Source: Laetmonice hystrix (taxonomy: Eukaryota). From it: DNA of 64,000 bases. Under the pieces are notes generated by a model. The model was not told where the DNA came from, searched no databases, and was given only the letters and a program-made list of their open reading frames with translations. Shown piece by piece: positions 11,872-26,509 of this stretch. Location of the stretch: the NCBI GenBank assembly GCA_965235115.1, contig OZ249436.1, forward strand, positions 28,956,001-29,020,000. The letters are read 5' to 3'. How positions within the stretch are numbered: the stretch's first letter is position 1; each line of letters opens with the position of its first letter. Made by a program: the position numbers and the translations under genes.

Positions 11872-14800
11872 CTACTTTGTTTTCAGCAGGTCTGGGTGAT
11901 GCCTCTCAAGAGCATGTTGCATTGACCAGATGCATAATGGCCGCATGTAACCAAGAGACCGGTAACGCCGATCGTCGAAATAGGCCTCTGGAGTTTGGTA
12001 TGCCAGACCATAGCGTTCATAGCAGACATGGTAGGCTCCATAGCCAACCTGCCATCCCTTCTCAACTAGGTCCTCCTGGAACATCAGGGCTCCGATGGAG
12101 TAGGTGACTCCGGTCCAGAACTCCTCCGCCTGAAAGGTTGTGGTGTCCTTTTTGGTGTTTGGACGCATGCCGTTGATGGCGCCCATGGTTCCTCCTTTGA
12201 ATGGCATGACGTTGTGCTTGAAGATTGTTTCTAGGGTCTTCACCACATGGTCTTTTGGGAAAACCTATATCAATGGAAATACTATACCAGTAAATGTCAA
12301 TTTAACAAGATCAAACCAACTTCTGGCAGTCCCTGTATTCAAACTGCATTACCGTAAATATTGCAATTTTGCTGAACAAATATGAATTTGTCTGTTTCTA
12401 TTTAACTTTAAAGGGGCATTTCGTATGGGGGCAGAGAAAAATGATCCTTTCTAACGTATTTTGCTATTTTGTTGATGTGATGGTTCATGGAAATCGAATA
12501 ATAAACAAAGATTGAAAAAAATCGTCATTTTGCACTGGCAATATTTAGAATTGGCAGATAGCCAGAAAAAGTGCCGAAAAATTGTATCCCTTTAAACCAG
12601 CAATGTGCATTGAGAATGAAGGTAGAATGCTGCAGTTACAATGTTACATATTGAAGCTGACAAACCTCATTATCAGGGATTTCTGAAGACTTAAGAAACC
12701 ACTGCCCTGCCAGCTGGTCAGACATGATACTGTTAGCATGGCCACTCTTGCTGGAATCGTAGTTGTAGTACTGACCTGTGCGTCAAGGGATGTAAAATGT
12801 ATCATAATACCATGTACAGGAAGACATGGTTCCCACGCTATCCACTTTCCTAAATTCCCGGACTTTTCCCTGACTGTTCCCAGATCTTTATGACTTTTTC
12901 CATGACCATGTTCAGGTCTCCTTCAATTTTTTCTTAGCATTGGATATTAACCCTGGATCAGCCAGACTGTAAATCAGCCACACAGAAGTCTGCTGGTCAA
13001 ATTCCCGGACTTTTTCCGGTCTGGAGCACATATTTATCAAATTCCTAGACTTTTCCCGGCCCGGCAGGCCCCAATATAAAAATTCCAGACTTTCCTGGAC
13101 CCGTGGGAACCATGGATAGAAAACATTAAAATGCAATCACTGTTATATCTAATGATATGTCTATTTTCCTGTGGTTATGGCTAATGCCAAATCAATTTTC
13201 TACCATCTTTGAAATCTACTGACAGGCCTCGAATTACACGACGGCATTGACGGCAATTGCCGTCGTGCCTTTTCCATGTATCGTAAATTTGCCGTCATGC
13301 CCTGGAAAAATCTTACGTTGATTCTTATGTATCGACGGCAGTTTTTGCCGTGCCCCTTTCAACTTCTAATTCGAGGCCTGTACTGACATATCTGTTACTA
13401 CAAGAAAAATGACACACAGCTATCTTGACCTACCATTCCAAAGTTTCTCCTCAAAAGATTTCTTTCCCTTATCAAGGATAGCACTGAATTTCTCCATATC
13501 GTCTTTATTGTCCATAATCTTGGCCATTTCCACAAACATTCGAAGAGAAGCTAACCACATCCCTCCACAGTAGGCACTGAAATGGGAAGCAGAGAACAGA
13601 AGCATTAATGGCAGTTAAACACATCATACACCCTCTTAAATACAATTCACTTCATCCCAAAACCCTGGGCCTATCAGACTTACTGAATTTAGGTAATTTA
13701 AGTGCTGCTCATATACTGCCATACTCTGCAATTAAATGAGGGCGCGTTGCTAGACAGTGCATCATAGAGTCCGCCATACTTACCTTGCACCGACCTGCGA
13801 CCATGCATCATAGGTCTGGTCAGGAAATCCGCTGTTGTCTATGACACCATCGTCATCTGTGTCCCAGCGTAGAGATGCCGTCACTACAGCCTATGCAAAC
13901 CAATAAAAATGAAAACTAGGTTGCAAAATCATCAATCACAACAGGACACGTCCTTGATGGTATACTACTTGTGACAATCATACCCAATTTGGTTGCTAAA
14001 GATATTATACACATGTACCTGTATACAATATTTGTCGATAAGGAAAAAAAACAACCCAGGACACTAAAAAGTCTTCTCGGCCTCAGCCAGGAGTGATAAA
14101 ATGTTAAAAGCTAAAAAGTGGACAAGACTGCTTTTTAACTACTCTAAGTATGGTATATTTTGTGTGTTTAAAATTCGTGATTTTCGCACGTTTAAAAAAG
14201 AAAAGGCGAAATTAATATATTCAATACATTTTTTACTTTTTTTTTGCAGTACCATTGCCAGAATGTGAATTTAAGAAATGCATAATCAGCCAAAAATGAA
14301 AAAATTAAAGTGCCTTACAGTATTAGAAAAATAACTTTCTTTTAAGCTCAATAAATTACCTTTGCCTGTGGGTACATGGCCCTAAGAAACTCCATATCCT
14401 TAGTGTATACATAGTCTCGGTACACTTGAAGGATGAATTTTGTATTCAGGTCCTTCCACTCCTGGGTAGGATGCATGATGTAAGCATTCACTTTGTCCCA
14501 AGGCTCATCATCTAGGTCAGACAAAAACTAATGGTCACTGACTGGAGCCGTAAATCTTCTAATTGGTCTTTAAAACTTCTGATACACAACAAAGAAACTG
14601 CCACAATATTCAAGAAAAACTTTAAAATCAAATATAGAACTTAACTTTTCATGGTTGCCATAATTTGATACACATTGATATTTCAAAAAACCTTCACACA
14701 TTACATTTAGTCAATATAACTTTTTGGGAGCAAAATTTACCTGGATCGCCGATGTCATGTGGGACAGCGTTTTTAGCCTTGCTGACACCGACATCACCCG

Positions 14801-17800
14801 CCGTGAGGAACTTCACCTGATTAGGTTGTTCATTTGGAATTGAAGCAGCTGTCCCAAAAAAGACAATAGCCAACCGGTGAACATCATTATCGTGGTAGTA
14901 TCAAAAGGATCAATCTATCTGTAGCACCGTCACATTTAACCCCGGCTTTTGTCCCCATAAAGGCAATTGATTATCAATCAAGTTGTCCATACTTGGTGTT
15001 ATCCCCAGGATTGCTTAAAATCAAATTTTTACAACACTAGCCCTCCACTAGTAATTCCTGCCAAGAGATAAATTAGAATAGGAAATAAAATGAAATGTTC
15101 ATCTAGATTGCAACGAGTCAGTCATAACTTACCAATGTCATATTGAATGCTGAGCTGCAGTTTAGGCCACAGCATGAGGAGAGCAAACGAGGCATAATGG
15201 TGTACGTCGTAGGTATTGAACATCCGATACTCATGTCCTGAAAGACAATCACACACCCCTCGTCATGACATTCCCTATTATCATTCCGTTGAGCAGAATA
15301 CTGAGAGGTGATTGGTCAGTTCGTCAGAAATATATTCCCGTATTGAGTGAACCAAATGATAAAATCGTCATCCCATGTCTGATATTACGTAATACGGAAA
15401 TATACCTACCTTCAGGTCCCGTATCCCATTCGGCCTTCGGCCCTTCAGGCCCTTCAGGTAGGTATATTTCCCTATTACGTTATCAGACATGGGATCACTA
15501 ATAGTATTGCACCACGGTATTAACTTACTTGTCCACCTTTACCAGCAATTTTCTTACAATCTAATATTAGTAGTAATGTGTGGCATACAAAGTACATGGT
15601 GTATCTCCTTTGGGAGGTTTTTGGACTGACCTTCCAGGTAGGCAAACTTGCCGTACTCCTTGATAACGTCAGGGACTGGCGTGTCCTGTGTGAAGCCATT
15701 CTTAGCCTCTATTGGATCCACCCAGACGCTTCCACCATCACTTACGAAGTAGAGCTCATTGAAAAGTGCTGACTTGTACCAGGCGGGAATGGATCTGAAA
15801 GAAGTTGTTTGTCAGGTATATAGTAGTTAGGCCCGAAGGGACAGGGATAAAAACATGGTAATTCCCCTTGGGCCAATCCTTACCTGTTGTTGAGTATTGG
15901 GGACTGCCATTTGTCAATCTTTCTTTCCCATTCAGGGTATGTGCTAAGGGCATAGCTTGCCAGTCTCGGTGTGGCATCGCCTTTGTGGCCAAACCAACGG
16001 GTATAGCGTCTGCAGGGTAAGAATATCAAAACAGTTACAAACTCTCTCAGAAGAAAAAAAATATTTCAACAAGAATTTCTATCTAAGATTTCTTTCTCTT
16101 GGCTTTAGTAGTGATCCTTATTCCTATATAAGAAGTCAAACTAGCTTTTAATAACTATCTACATCTGCTGTCCAATTCGAATATAATTCGATTGATGACA
16201 GAATATTTATTTGTGGCATAGTCTTCCACAAAAATAACTTATTTTGTACTTGGAAAAAAGAATGGCATACCTGAAATAAAATTTCTCTTGTGCTCCAAAG
16301 TGAATTATTGGCATATCCCAAGTGAGGCTAAACTCGACCTCCTTCGTTTGACCAGCAGGTACAGCAGTCTTAATACATACTGCAACACCTAGCTCCTCCC
16401 CCTTATTTGTTTCAACTTTGGATTCTGTATAAAAGAACCATTGCCATTTTGAGAGGCAAAGACAATTGTTTATCATAAAGATTGTACATGTAATTCCTGC
16501 GTTTTAATGACAAAATATAAATTTGTCCCTGCATCATTTAAGACCATAGTCTTTTGTGAGATATATTGTGGCAACACAAAATAATGACACTATTATAACA
16601 TGCATTATTGTAGGTACATGAATGGTTTCTGAACTGTGATGTAAATAATAACATTGATCTTACCTGTAGTAGGACTGAGGCAACCATCTGCCATAAGATC
16701 CAACCATATATCCTTTCCTGACCTTGAGGGATCAAAGGCTAACTTAGTGGTGACCTTTGTCCCAGCCTAAAAAAAGAAATGTGACATATATATTTATGGA
16801 GTTGGAAGCTAAAAGATGCTCTAATTGGCTGAAGTCTCTTACTAGTGCGTTCATTCCAAGCCAAATTTAATTACATACTGCTGTAAATTTCTGTGTCACA
16901 TTCAATTCAAATATTGAGAACCTTGTGCTAGAAACTAGAAACCAACCTTTTCCTTGGCTGCTACTCCATATACACAATCCATCTCTCTAAACTTCTGATG
17001 GATCTTGACCCCCGACACTTTGTTCTCATGGTCTGCGGTACCAAAGGGTTCACTCCAGATGACCCCCTCCCTGTCCTTCTTCTCGCCTTGACCATTCTGG
17101 AAACTGAACATGAGGCTGACCTCAATGTCCTCGGAGCCATGGTTCTCAATTGACCAGACAAATACTGCTGCAGGCAGGCTGGTGTCCTGGGGATCAGTTT
17201 ATACTCAATGTAAGCACATTCTCTGACATCATTCGATGCATTAATATTTGGAAAGACTATACAGATTCTGTGTAATACTAATATGATAATAGATACTTCA
17301 ATTTTTTTTATACATAGTCTTCAGATCCACGTGGACTTATGTCAGACCTTGTTTATCCGAACAGCTTGGTGCCCATTAAAATGTGTTTAATTGTGAAACG
17401 TGGATTACGGAATCATTTCAAATAGAAAATGGTAGCAGATTTTACCAGAAACAGAGTTCAGATTGTGAGGTATACGCAGTAAAGAAGCACAGATTAATGA
17501 GGTCTGAATGTATAGCATACAAAGAAAAGTAATGAAGTTCATTGGAATACAACAATAACAGAATTATCACAGAATCGTCCTAGAACAATGAACTTACAAA
17601 AGTTTGCATATTCCTGCTCAACAAAAGAGAATCCCTTACCTTGTAATCATGAGGAAACACTGGCGACACCTGCCGGCAGATAAGTGTAACGTTCTGGCCT
17701 GGGAGTTCATACTTGGTCCATGACCTCGGGTACAGGCCATGGTAATGGGCTTTAGCAGGATTAAAGGCCCAATTCCATGCGTCCAAACGACCACCCTTGG

Positions 17801-20800
17801 GACGTTTTGGACTCAGAACCTGCTGGTAAACTGTCTGGCCTTTACGCCGAATGCACACTGTAAACTGTAATGAATGGAAATATATGGATTTAGAGTTTTG
17901 TGTAAATAATTCTCTCTAACACCTTTGGCCGGTTGCAAGAACAGTGGCGAGACTTAACCCCCAAAATGGCTTAAGCCACTCTTTGGTTTAACCTCGTCTC
18001 CGGGTTAACTCAAAATCACTGGGTTAAGTCAGTCAATTTCGTTCCATATCACTCCATCGTAATCTGTGTTTTTCATACAGCCTAATGGTGGTTTTGACCT
18101 TTAAATAGAAGGAAACTTGCTTTACCCGATTTATTTAAATCAGTAACAAAAAAATAGTACAAATACCACCAACTTGCAATAAAAAATGGTGCTGCATTTG
18201 GCTGTTTAGGATAAACTCGCCAGCTTATGTTCATTGATATCTAAGATATTTCTCATACCTGAACACACAATACCCCTATGCAATCCATTCTATACAAACG
18301 AGCATGCCATTAGCACACCATTGTTTGTTACCGATATACAGAATGAATTAAGAGCTGTCGACTTTAGTATGAGGGAAACGAAAAAGATGACAGAGCAGGA
18401 TTACTGTCCATAACCTACTTGGTCAGCATTCACTGTGTTGTATTTGTACATTCCAGGTATCATCTGAAATCGGCAGAACTCGCCTTGGTAGCCACGGCCA
18501 ATTGTACCACATCCAATTCCTCCAATGGGAACACCTAAAACAAATAATATTCTTTACATTTCTACTTTCTTTTACATTACAGCCATGAATATAGTGTGAC
18601 CTCATTAAAACTTTCTTTTTTACCAGTATCTCACAACCTATCCATATTTTCAAGTAATCTAACTATAATTTCTAAAACAATTCAGAAGCCTGTAACGATT
18701 TTAATAGTCTGTGAACAGTACACAAAATTTTTAAGTACTGGTGCATTTTAAAATGCATCTAGCTGGTTAAGTAACCATTACAGTAGGCCTACCCTGTAAT
18801 ACCCCTGGTACTTAAATTTTTCATTCAAATAAGAAATTGCGTATACATCAGTTGTCATTGACCAGCATTGACTTGCCATATATTGGTCGCCATGGCACCA
18901 GGTTTAGGTTGTCTATGAACATGCGTTTTCCCTTCTTTCTTAGCTGGTTCCATGCCCGAAAATATCTTAAAAAGAAGAAGATAAAAATCACGGTAATATT
19001 CTTTATAGGGAAGTTATAGAATTGATCTTATGCAACAATAACAAGCCTCATAATCTGAAACTGCTAGAGATCTTCCTCAGACTTGTGATGATTGTGTGGT
19101 AGAATTACTAAAGTTTGTCACAGACGTAAATAGCCTAAAAAACATCTCATGATTGTCCATTCTCCTCAAGGCTAGTTGTATTTTTAATTAAAAAATGGTA
19201 CATGTACAAAGGTGCCAAGCTTATGTGCATTAGCCTGAATTAACAATTAGATTACACAAGTTGTTTTTCTCAGCATTTTCCTTTGAATTACTTTCGTGTA
19301 TACATGTTCTACATAGCAGCTATGCCCATGGGATTCCGTCACGGGTCAGTAACTTATGAATTTGTCACCAACACTGATGCTATTGGCCTAGACAGGGCAA
19401 CATACAACTTTCAGAAGGTGCTAACTCTCAATTTAGACTTTAAAAAACAGAAGAATATTTGCAAACTTTAGAACTGAATGAACCCAAACACTCCTGCAGA
19501 CCCTGCCAATAGATTGGAGTGATTACTCTTGTGCCCGTCCACACCCGTAAATTCGAAAATGCAAGCTCACTTGAGAAATCACGATGAGCTCCCTGTTATT
19601 GTTAATGCGTTATGAAAGCTAAGTTAGGATTGTAAAAAGAGCCGAAGACTGGGTAAAGTTCGCATACACATAATGTATTATGTATTATTATTATTTTATT
19701 TAATTAGGTTCTTCAAAGTAAAGAAAAAATCTTTAATACCATAAGTGTTGCAAAACACAGAAGTAAAAAGTTCCATATTGTTCATGATACATATATTTTG
19801 GGTTCCCTTCCTCATTTTCGAGACGGGGGGGGGGGGTATCTGCTGCATGGTCAACTTGTCCCACAAAGGTGTCACTCCCCTTCAGCTCCATGACATGACA
19901 TACTGGAGCTATTGACATAGTTCTGACACTATCAGCATTCCAAAATTTCCAGAGATTTCTTTTTCTTTATGATCTTTTCCAGGACCATGTTCAGGTCTCC
20001 TTCCATATTTTTTTTTGCATGGGAATATGGGATGTTGACGATGATTAACGGATGCTGATTAAAGAATGGTACCCTGACTGTGAATCAGCCACCTATAATT
20101 TGAGTCTGTTCATCAAATTCCCAGACTTTTCTCGGATTGAGCATATATTTATAAAATTCCCAGAATTTTCCCAGTCCGTGATGTCCCAATATAAAATTCC
20201 CAGACTTTTTCCATGGGAGCCATGCATTGATGGCTCACGTGCTTATTTCATAAGGCAGGCACTGCTCCTGTGTATACATCATGTATTAGAAAGGCACTTT
20301 CATGTTCTAGTGAAATGCATGAAAAAAACTTTCAAAGACAATGCTTCATTGTTGTGTGAACAATGTGATGTCTCTGAAAGAGAATTATGAATGAGAAGTA
20401 GGTGTAGTGTACAGCTGTACTAGCTCTAGTATTGTTGGCTGTGGCTGCTGACTAGACATCAATTATTCTCACTGAGCTCATATAGAACCATTCTGTGTAA
20501 TGGGGAAGTCTCATCCATAGTCCATGTTGCAAAGGAAACTCTTCTGAAGCCAGCCATAATCATGGCATCAAATAAAAGTATCATTAGTTCAACTTCGACA
20601 TCAAGTGCAACCTATGTTCCCGAGGCATCAATTGGAATAGTTACAGGATTACAGCTACTTTCGGGTAATCGCATACAAATGGGCTGGGTCAATAAGGTCT
20701 GAGAAAAATAAAATAAAAATAAAAACAGTCAGTCAAACTATGTGAGAAAACAGGTTTATACAAATTTCTTAAACCGACAAAATGCGACAAGAATCTGCCG

Positions 20801-23800
20801 AAATACCTGCAGGAGATTCATGCAATGAGAGACACACCACTTTATTAAATTCTGGCTAAGGGTTATAAAACACTGTCAAGGTCCTAGTCATATTGTTTGT
20901 TGACCAGAACTGACTCCCAACTGTTGTCAAAAATAGGTCTAGCAAGAATAAAAATTGTATGGTTGGCAGACCATGTTAATGATGTCAAGGAACATCCTGA
21001 CTGCCGAAGGGGTTAATAGGCTCACTAAGTCTGTCAGGCAGAACGCAGGCCAGCTTGGTGTCATTGGGGCACCTAGACCAAGCAAGACTCCTGTACCTCA
21101 GGGATAATAAGCTTATTTACTTGAAGCAGGCCACATGACAATACCTCTACAGTTCTCTGAGTATGACTGGGCAAAATGGATCTTTTTGTGGGAAATAATG
21201 GTCTGGACAGGGAGGGAAGAATTCAAAAGATCACAGGTATGCAATTCTTAAAGGTATCACTGGAGGGGTTTACTTTGATGTCATTCAACATAGTTTCTGC
21301 TGACACAGGCCAACAGCCAAGTTGAGAGGAGTGTGGGTGTGTGTGGGTGTGACGACTCCCAACACACACACACACTCCTCCCTTTAGGCATGCTAGGTCA
21401 GACAGTAACAGACATCTGTAGTTTTAAGTAAATTTATTTCATGTGAATTCTATCACAAGACACAAATAACTGTGCATTGATCAGTAAAAAAATTGGAAAG
21501 GATTCATGATGAAAATGCACACTTTTTGGAATGTCTGCCACTAGTATCTCAATCTCTACAAATACTAGTGATACCATATCATTTGTGAAGAACTTTTAAC
21601 GTTACTGCGTCTGGAATGTCGTGACCAAAACAACAAATTATATGTACCCCTCATGCACTACCAAGATAATGGATTCAGGCCAAGGGAAATCATCCGTTCT
21701 GGCAGTCTGGCAATGAATGGGCTTGGTTACGGCCTTCCCAAAAACCATCAAACAAAGCACAGAACTCTGATAAACCCTAAGTCCAACCAGTTAAAGGTGC
21801 TATTCGTCTCGCACAGAATGGCATTTCTCCTATCATACATTGTGCACATAGTACTAGAAACAATTCCTACCGATACCATTGGCCTGATAAACCTTCTATT
21901 AGTTTGTGTGCAGCATTTGAAACCTATCTCGGTGCGCACCGAGATAGAGCCATTTCCTATGGTGGAGCGTGTCAGGGTCTCCACAGGCCTTCTGAGAGAG
22001 CCCCATTAGTGCCGTTATCCATGAAAAATTTTGATTTCCTTTGTTGTGAATCTATTTCCATGATAGGTGGGATCACATAAACGTCAACAAAATTAAAAAT
22101 TAAAAAATTGAATTTTTGTTCACGAATAGCACCTTTAAGGGTTTAATTTCTTACCTGTTTTCAGGCTACATAGTATAAGTTATAACTGTATTAGTAGTTA
22201 CCATACCCTAAACACCACACCCTAAATAGTTTGCGTTTTGGGATTTCTTTTTCTTTTTTCCATTTTCTATTTTCCTAATATCACAGAAGGCTAACTCCAA
22301 TATAAGCAAGGGTGTCGGAACAGGGGGGGGTGGGGGGGGGGCGTGCCCCCCCCCCCTAGCTTTTGCCGACCGACGAAAATGATAAAACCCATCATTTTAA
22401 AATGGGTGCAAAAGATCAATGGCCAAATAGCACTGCCACATGTATGTGATAACTGCAGGGCTCATGGAAACTTTGCCCTCCCCCAGGCCCCCCTGGCAAC
22501 CAAACGCTCCGACGCCCCTGATAAGAAGAGATTAGGTAATTGATTAGGTTGAACCAATACTGCTTCCTTATAAATATGCTTGAAACATTAGTGAACTATA
22601 AAAAAATCTGCACAAGAGGCCTGCTGGGGGCTGTTGCAGTAAGACTCTTAAGTGCATCGGATTGTCAGATTGGCGCTGGACAGTCTGCTGTTCTCATAAT
22701 TTATGCATTCATGCCCTGCATTCCGCGCCAATGCCGGCAATCGGGCCAGGAAATTGACTTCAGGGAGGCGTTTCACTAACTTTTTTTTTTTTGCCAATGT
22801 CGCCAACTTTCGCCAACACCGTCGCCAATCTGGCGATCTAGGGGACGGGAGGTGTTTCACTAACTAAAAATTCTCTCCAAATATTTTCGCCAAATCAGCG
22901 ATTTTGCTGCTGAGATCTCGGAGCACGTCCCACCATCGCCAAATGTGATAAAAAATCTTGAAATGATTTATCAAGTGCATTTCGTGCAAGGAATATCCTA
23001 ACAAACCTGTAGTTATATAATTTCACGGGTGTAGAATTTCGGAGTTTTGATGTCAGTGTTTGTCACCCACAACGAGGCTCTGTGGCAGCAAGGACTTAAA
23101 GACAAGCGACAATGGCAAAATAGATAGATAATTGTGATGTTGACTGGTGACGGGGCAATGGTTAGTGAAACGGTCTGAAGGAATCATCATGGTCGCCAGA
23201 TTTGCCGAGAATTATATTCCCCGAAATTAGCAATCGCCAATCTTATTGAAACGGGCCCCTGCCACTTAGCCAAACGCAGTCGTACCTCTTCTAACCTTAC
23301 ACACAAAGAGGTATACATACATGTATTGACAGTTTTGACTTCCATTTTATTTAGCAAAAGACTATAAGTTACAGCATGTTGACATCTGTGCTCTCCTCAA
23401 TTGTTTGTGTTTGCAAGGAACGAGGACTGCAGCAGAGATTGTGATCTACAAACTCACGTGAGTGTCAGCAGGCTTCTAATTTGCACAGTGTCAGACCATA
23501 ATTTGCATAACTGTCAGGGCATCCGCCAGAGGGGGGGACGGGGGGGATTTATCCCCCCCATGATTGGGACATGAGGGGGATATCCCCCCCATAAATCTGC
23601 AGAGCAGTGTTTTTTTTTAAGCTATTCTCGCTCTGAGAGGCCAGGAAAACGCATCTCCGGAGTTCATGAAAAATAAATTTCTGGGGGAGGGCCCCCAGAC
23701 CCCCCCCGTCCCCCCCATTAATTATTTTCTGGCGGAAACCCTGACTGTGTGTGTAGAAATATGAAAAACAACTGGGTCTCAGAAGCCAAGTATGGGGTAG

Positions 23801-26506
23801 GCTTGAAATTCGTGAGATATTTCCTTTAATTTGGCATGCTGCAAAATATTGTCAGAGCCAGCCATAAGAAGGATATGCTGGTATCTTCAAGTTATTAGTC
23901 GAATTTACACCGCACTTCTGGGCCAGGCACGGAACGGTATGGCACGCTCAAATCTGGCGTAAATTCGACCATGTGAGTGGACCGTGCCATTCCGTGCCTG
24001 GCCCAGGTGGCCCAGTAGATTAGGTAGACTCGGCACGGCCCAGTAGGCAGTGTTAATGCAACCGTGCTCTTCCGTGCCCTGCCAAAGCCGTACTACAAAT
24101 GATATAGTGACGTAACAATTGTCTTTGGCTATCTCCATATTAATCACTCAGCTATGTCACAATGGGTCACAATGGCATGTGATCATAACGGGCCCTAAAT
24201 TAGCACGGAACAGAAGCAGTGTAAAATGCACGTGGACCAGGCCCAGTTGATCATGATTTTAGGTGATGTGCGGTCTAAACGCAAAATGGATCAGGCCCGG
24301 AATAAATCTGACAGTGGACCTGGCCCAGAAGTGCGGTGTAAATTCGGCTAATTTTATTTTTCTGCAGTCAAATTGAAAGTTTTCTAATTTTTTTCATTGC
24401 ATGTAGTGTACTAATGTTGATTCTTGGTGGTGGATGTAGTAACTCTACCTATCATTCTACATGATGCAGAAGATTCGCAAGAATTTGAAACAACTTGACA
24501 GAAAATGCAGCCTGGAACCATATAGGCGTAAATTTGAGTAAGATGGTATGTACAGATGGGACGTTCACACTTTTTCGATCTCATTCAAGTAATAATGTGT
24601 AATACGCTGTACGCATGCTTAATAAAAGGCCTGGCTCATTGATAGGCAATCAAGGAGGTCTAGCTAGGGCACAGAAAATATTAACTCAGTAATTAGTACT
24701 GTCCTACTTTGCCACCAGTCTAGAATAAATACTTTTTTTGTACTGACGTGTTGGTCTAGTAACCAAATTGAGCTATTTTAGGCTTACTAGCCTACCAAGT
24801 TTTTCACTTCAAGACTGAAACATGAGCCACTATAAACAGCAAACAAAAGGCCGAATTGGCTTAGTGAATATCTGATAGTATTTTCCATCAGAAAATCTCT
24901 GCAGTGCCAGTACACGTATTAGTAGAGCCTGTCAAATTCTGTGATCGTTGCCAGGAAATTCCTTTTTGAAAATGAGATTACGCTTAAGTATCCAACAAGT
25001 AACTACAATAGGCCTAGCCCTACACTCTGACAATCTCTGGCTTCAGCTAGCTTTGGGCTAGTAGCTCACATTCCAGACATTATGTTTCATATAAAATTGG
25101 AAATATGGAATGAAAATGGGAAAATATTTTATATGATGAAGCCTTTGAATTAAAGAGGGACTAGCCTCACTGTCACCGCTCATTTTTGCAGCCAGCAGAA
25201 ATGAAAGCTATGTCTGCTCGGTCCACACAGCCTTTGCTTTGGCCCGACTGAGGACAGAAAATGGCAAAAGAGATAACCGTTGCAGTCGGCCACCACCCAA
25301 CATCACCAGGCTAGAAAATATAGTCCTTTAAGTTTAACGAATAAGAATATGTAGGCCTATTACAAATTTGTTCCTGCTTGTTAAGTTCAATATTCTCCAC
25401 ACTGGTCACAGGCCACAGAATAACACTGCTTGTGTTTGTAATTGTATTTAGCCAGCATTTGGCGGGGTCATATGACGAATGCCAGTCCTTTTGTAAACAC
25501 GTCGTATCGTAAACAGCTTTGTCTCCTAGTCCTTCGGCTCAGCAGCATAGTTTACGGCCATATATCAGGGGCGTAGGAAAAGGGGGGGCCGAGGGGGCCA
25601 TGGCCCCCCCACTTTGTAATGAGGGGGGCCAGAGTATCTTTTGGCCCCCCCACTTTTTCCCTCCCCTTGACTTTTGCCATTGGAAGTGTATGAAAGTCTA
25701 TGGGGGGAGGGTATTTTCTCATATTTCAGACCTTATTTTGTGCTCTAATATGCAACAAATGTCACCAAATTACACTATAAATTTCAAAATTTTTCGGGGG
25801 GGCATGCCCTGGACCCCCTAGCATGGCTTCGCGCCTTCGGCGCTCACCCAGTCCCCCCGCCAAACTGTAATCCCCCTCGAAAAGTCCTGCGCATGGCCCT
25901 GTTGGCCCCCCCACTTTTAAAGTGCTTCCTACGCCCCTGTATATACATTCTGTGTCCATGCCCCAAGTCACCACGCCCAACTTTCAATTCAAGATTTGTA
26001 CTGTGTTGTAGTGTAGGGGAACTTCACTGAAGACTGAACTTGTACTTAGTACTAGTACTACAACAAGTACTACCTGCCTGTGGCTTTAAAAATTGTAATG
26101 ATCGGGAACAACAGGCATTAGCCTTTAATCCTGTTTTATACTAAGACTACTAGATCTATTTGTATCGGTATTCTGCACTGACATCGTGCGCAGAGCCCAG
26201 ACCGTGGCGAGCAAGTGTCGACTCCCTGTCTGGGCTGCTAGTGCTACCGTTCCGGTTGGCAGACGACTGCCGGCCACCGGCCACGACAACTCGGGGGCTT
26301 CACTCAGTCACTGAACGACACATGACATAGTCCTACCTGTATGAAATTCCGATGACTCCAGCGAGTTGATGCAGCCTTGGTATGGTGAAGGGTACACATT
26401 TTTCTTTAAATTCATGATCAAACCTCACGCGCCAGCCATAATCAGGCAAACCGACGATTCTCTCAAGCGGAGCAGTCGACAACCACGGCTTTTCAACTCC
26501 TTCCAT
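11872..26506 (-). CDS. GBA2: Non-lysosomal glucosylceramidase (GH116), 16 coding exons, about 834 aa
   Basis: Exons 26506-26337, 18965-18877, 18534-18419, 17864-17640, 17186-16947, 16766-16664, 16424-16271, 16009-15884, 15794-15631, 15237-15133, 14848-14741, 14511-14360, 13890-13784, 13576-13434, 12775-12666 and 12264-11872 all join in phase (2505 nt). GH116 motifs: [111 protein letters not shown]. The start ATG is inferred. Confidence 0.96.
12826..13114. mobile_element. MITE; a second, more diverged copy lies at about 19930-20224
   Basis: TIRs CATGGTTCCCACG / CGTGGGAACCATG and an internal repeated AAATTCCCGGACTTTT motif. Shares GACCATGTTCAGGTCTCCTTC with about 19983. Confidence 0.7.
13223..13380. 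mobile_element. CAG-terminal MITE with 6-bp TSD (hAT-like)
   Basis: TACTGA|CAGGCCTCGAATTA ... TAATTCGAGGCCTG|TACTGA. Confidence 0.8.
15368..15500. repeat. Long inverted repeat with a GCCTTCGGC centre (possibly a Crypton-like non-autonomous element)
   Basis: ATCCCATGTCTGATATTACGTAATACGGAAATATACCTACCTTCAGG versus CCTTCAGGTAGGTATATTTCCCTATTACGTTATCAGACATGGGAT. Family assignment is tentative. Confidence 0.6.
17340..17512. mobile_element. Degenerate Tc1/mariner-type MITE
   Basis: GTCAGACCTTGTTTATC ... GATTAATGAGGTCTGAATGTA inverted ends. Confidence 0.5.
21791..22138. mobile_element. TTAA-flanked (Kolobok-like) MITE
   Basis: TTAA|AGGTGCTATTCGT ... ACGAATAGCACCT|TTAA. Confidence 0.75.
22307..22520. 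mobile_element. CA(A/G)G-terminal MITE with 5-bp TSD
   Basis: ATAAG|CAAGGGTGTCGGA ... TCCGACGCCCCTG|ATAAG. Confidence 0.7.
22761..23261. mobile_element. Harbinger-like MITE; an inverted partial copy lies at about 28395-28560
   Basis: CAGGGAGGCGTTTCACTAA ... TTATTGAAACGGGCCCCTG with internal TCGCCAA repeats. Related ends occur at about 40022 and 60203. Confidence 0.6.
23515..23743. mobile_element. CAG-terminal MITE with 5-bp TSD; same termini as 63033-63302
   Basis: ACTGT|CAGGGCATCCGCCAGA ... TCTGGCGGAAACCCTG|ACTGT. Confidence 0.75.
23895..24351. mobile_element. MITE (PIF/Harbinger-like, TTA/TAA flanks)
   Basis: About 31-bp TIRs AGTCGAATTTACACCGCACTTCTGGGCCAGG / CCTGGCCCAGAAGTGCGGTGTAAATTCGGCT. 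Confidence 0.8.
25566..25939. mobile_element. CAG-terminal MITE with 5-bp TSD
   Basis: TATAT|CAGGGGCGTAGGAA ... TTCCTACGCCCCTG|TATAT. The internal CTTCGCGCCTTCGGCG motif is shared with about 1160-1310. Confidence 0.75.
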
Positions 26507-26509
26507 GAT

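Noticed and set aside
21653..22009. Overlapping 118-aa and 78-aa ORFs in GBA2 intron 1
   Set aside because: They largely overlap a TTAA-flanked MITE and show no recognisable protein features.
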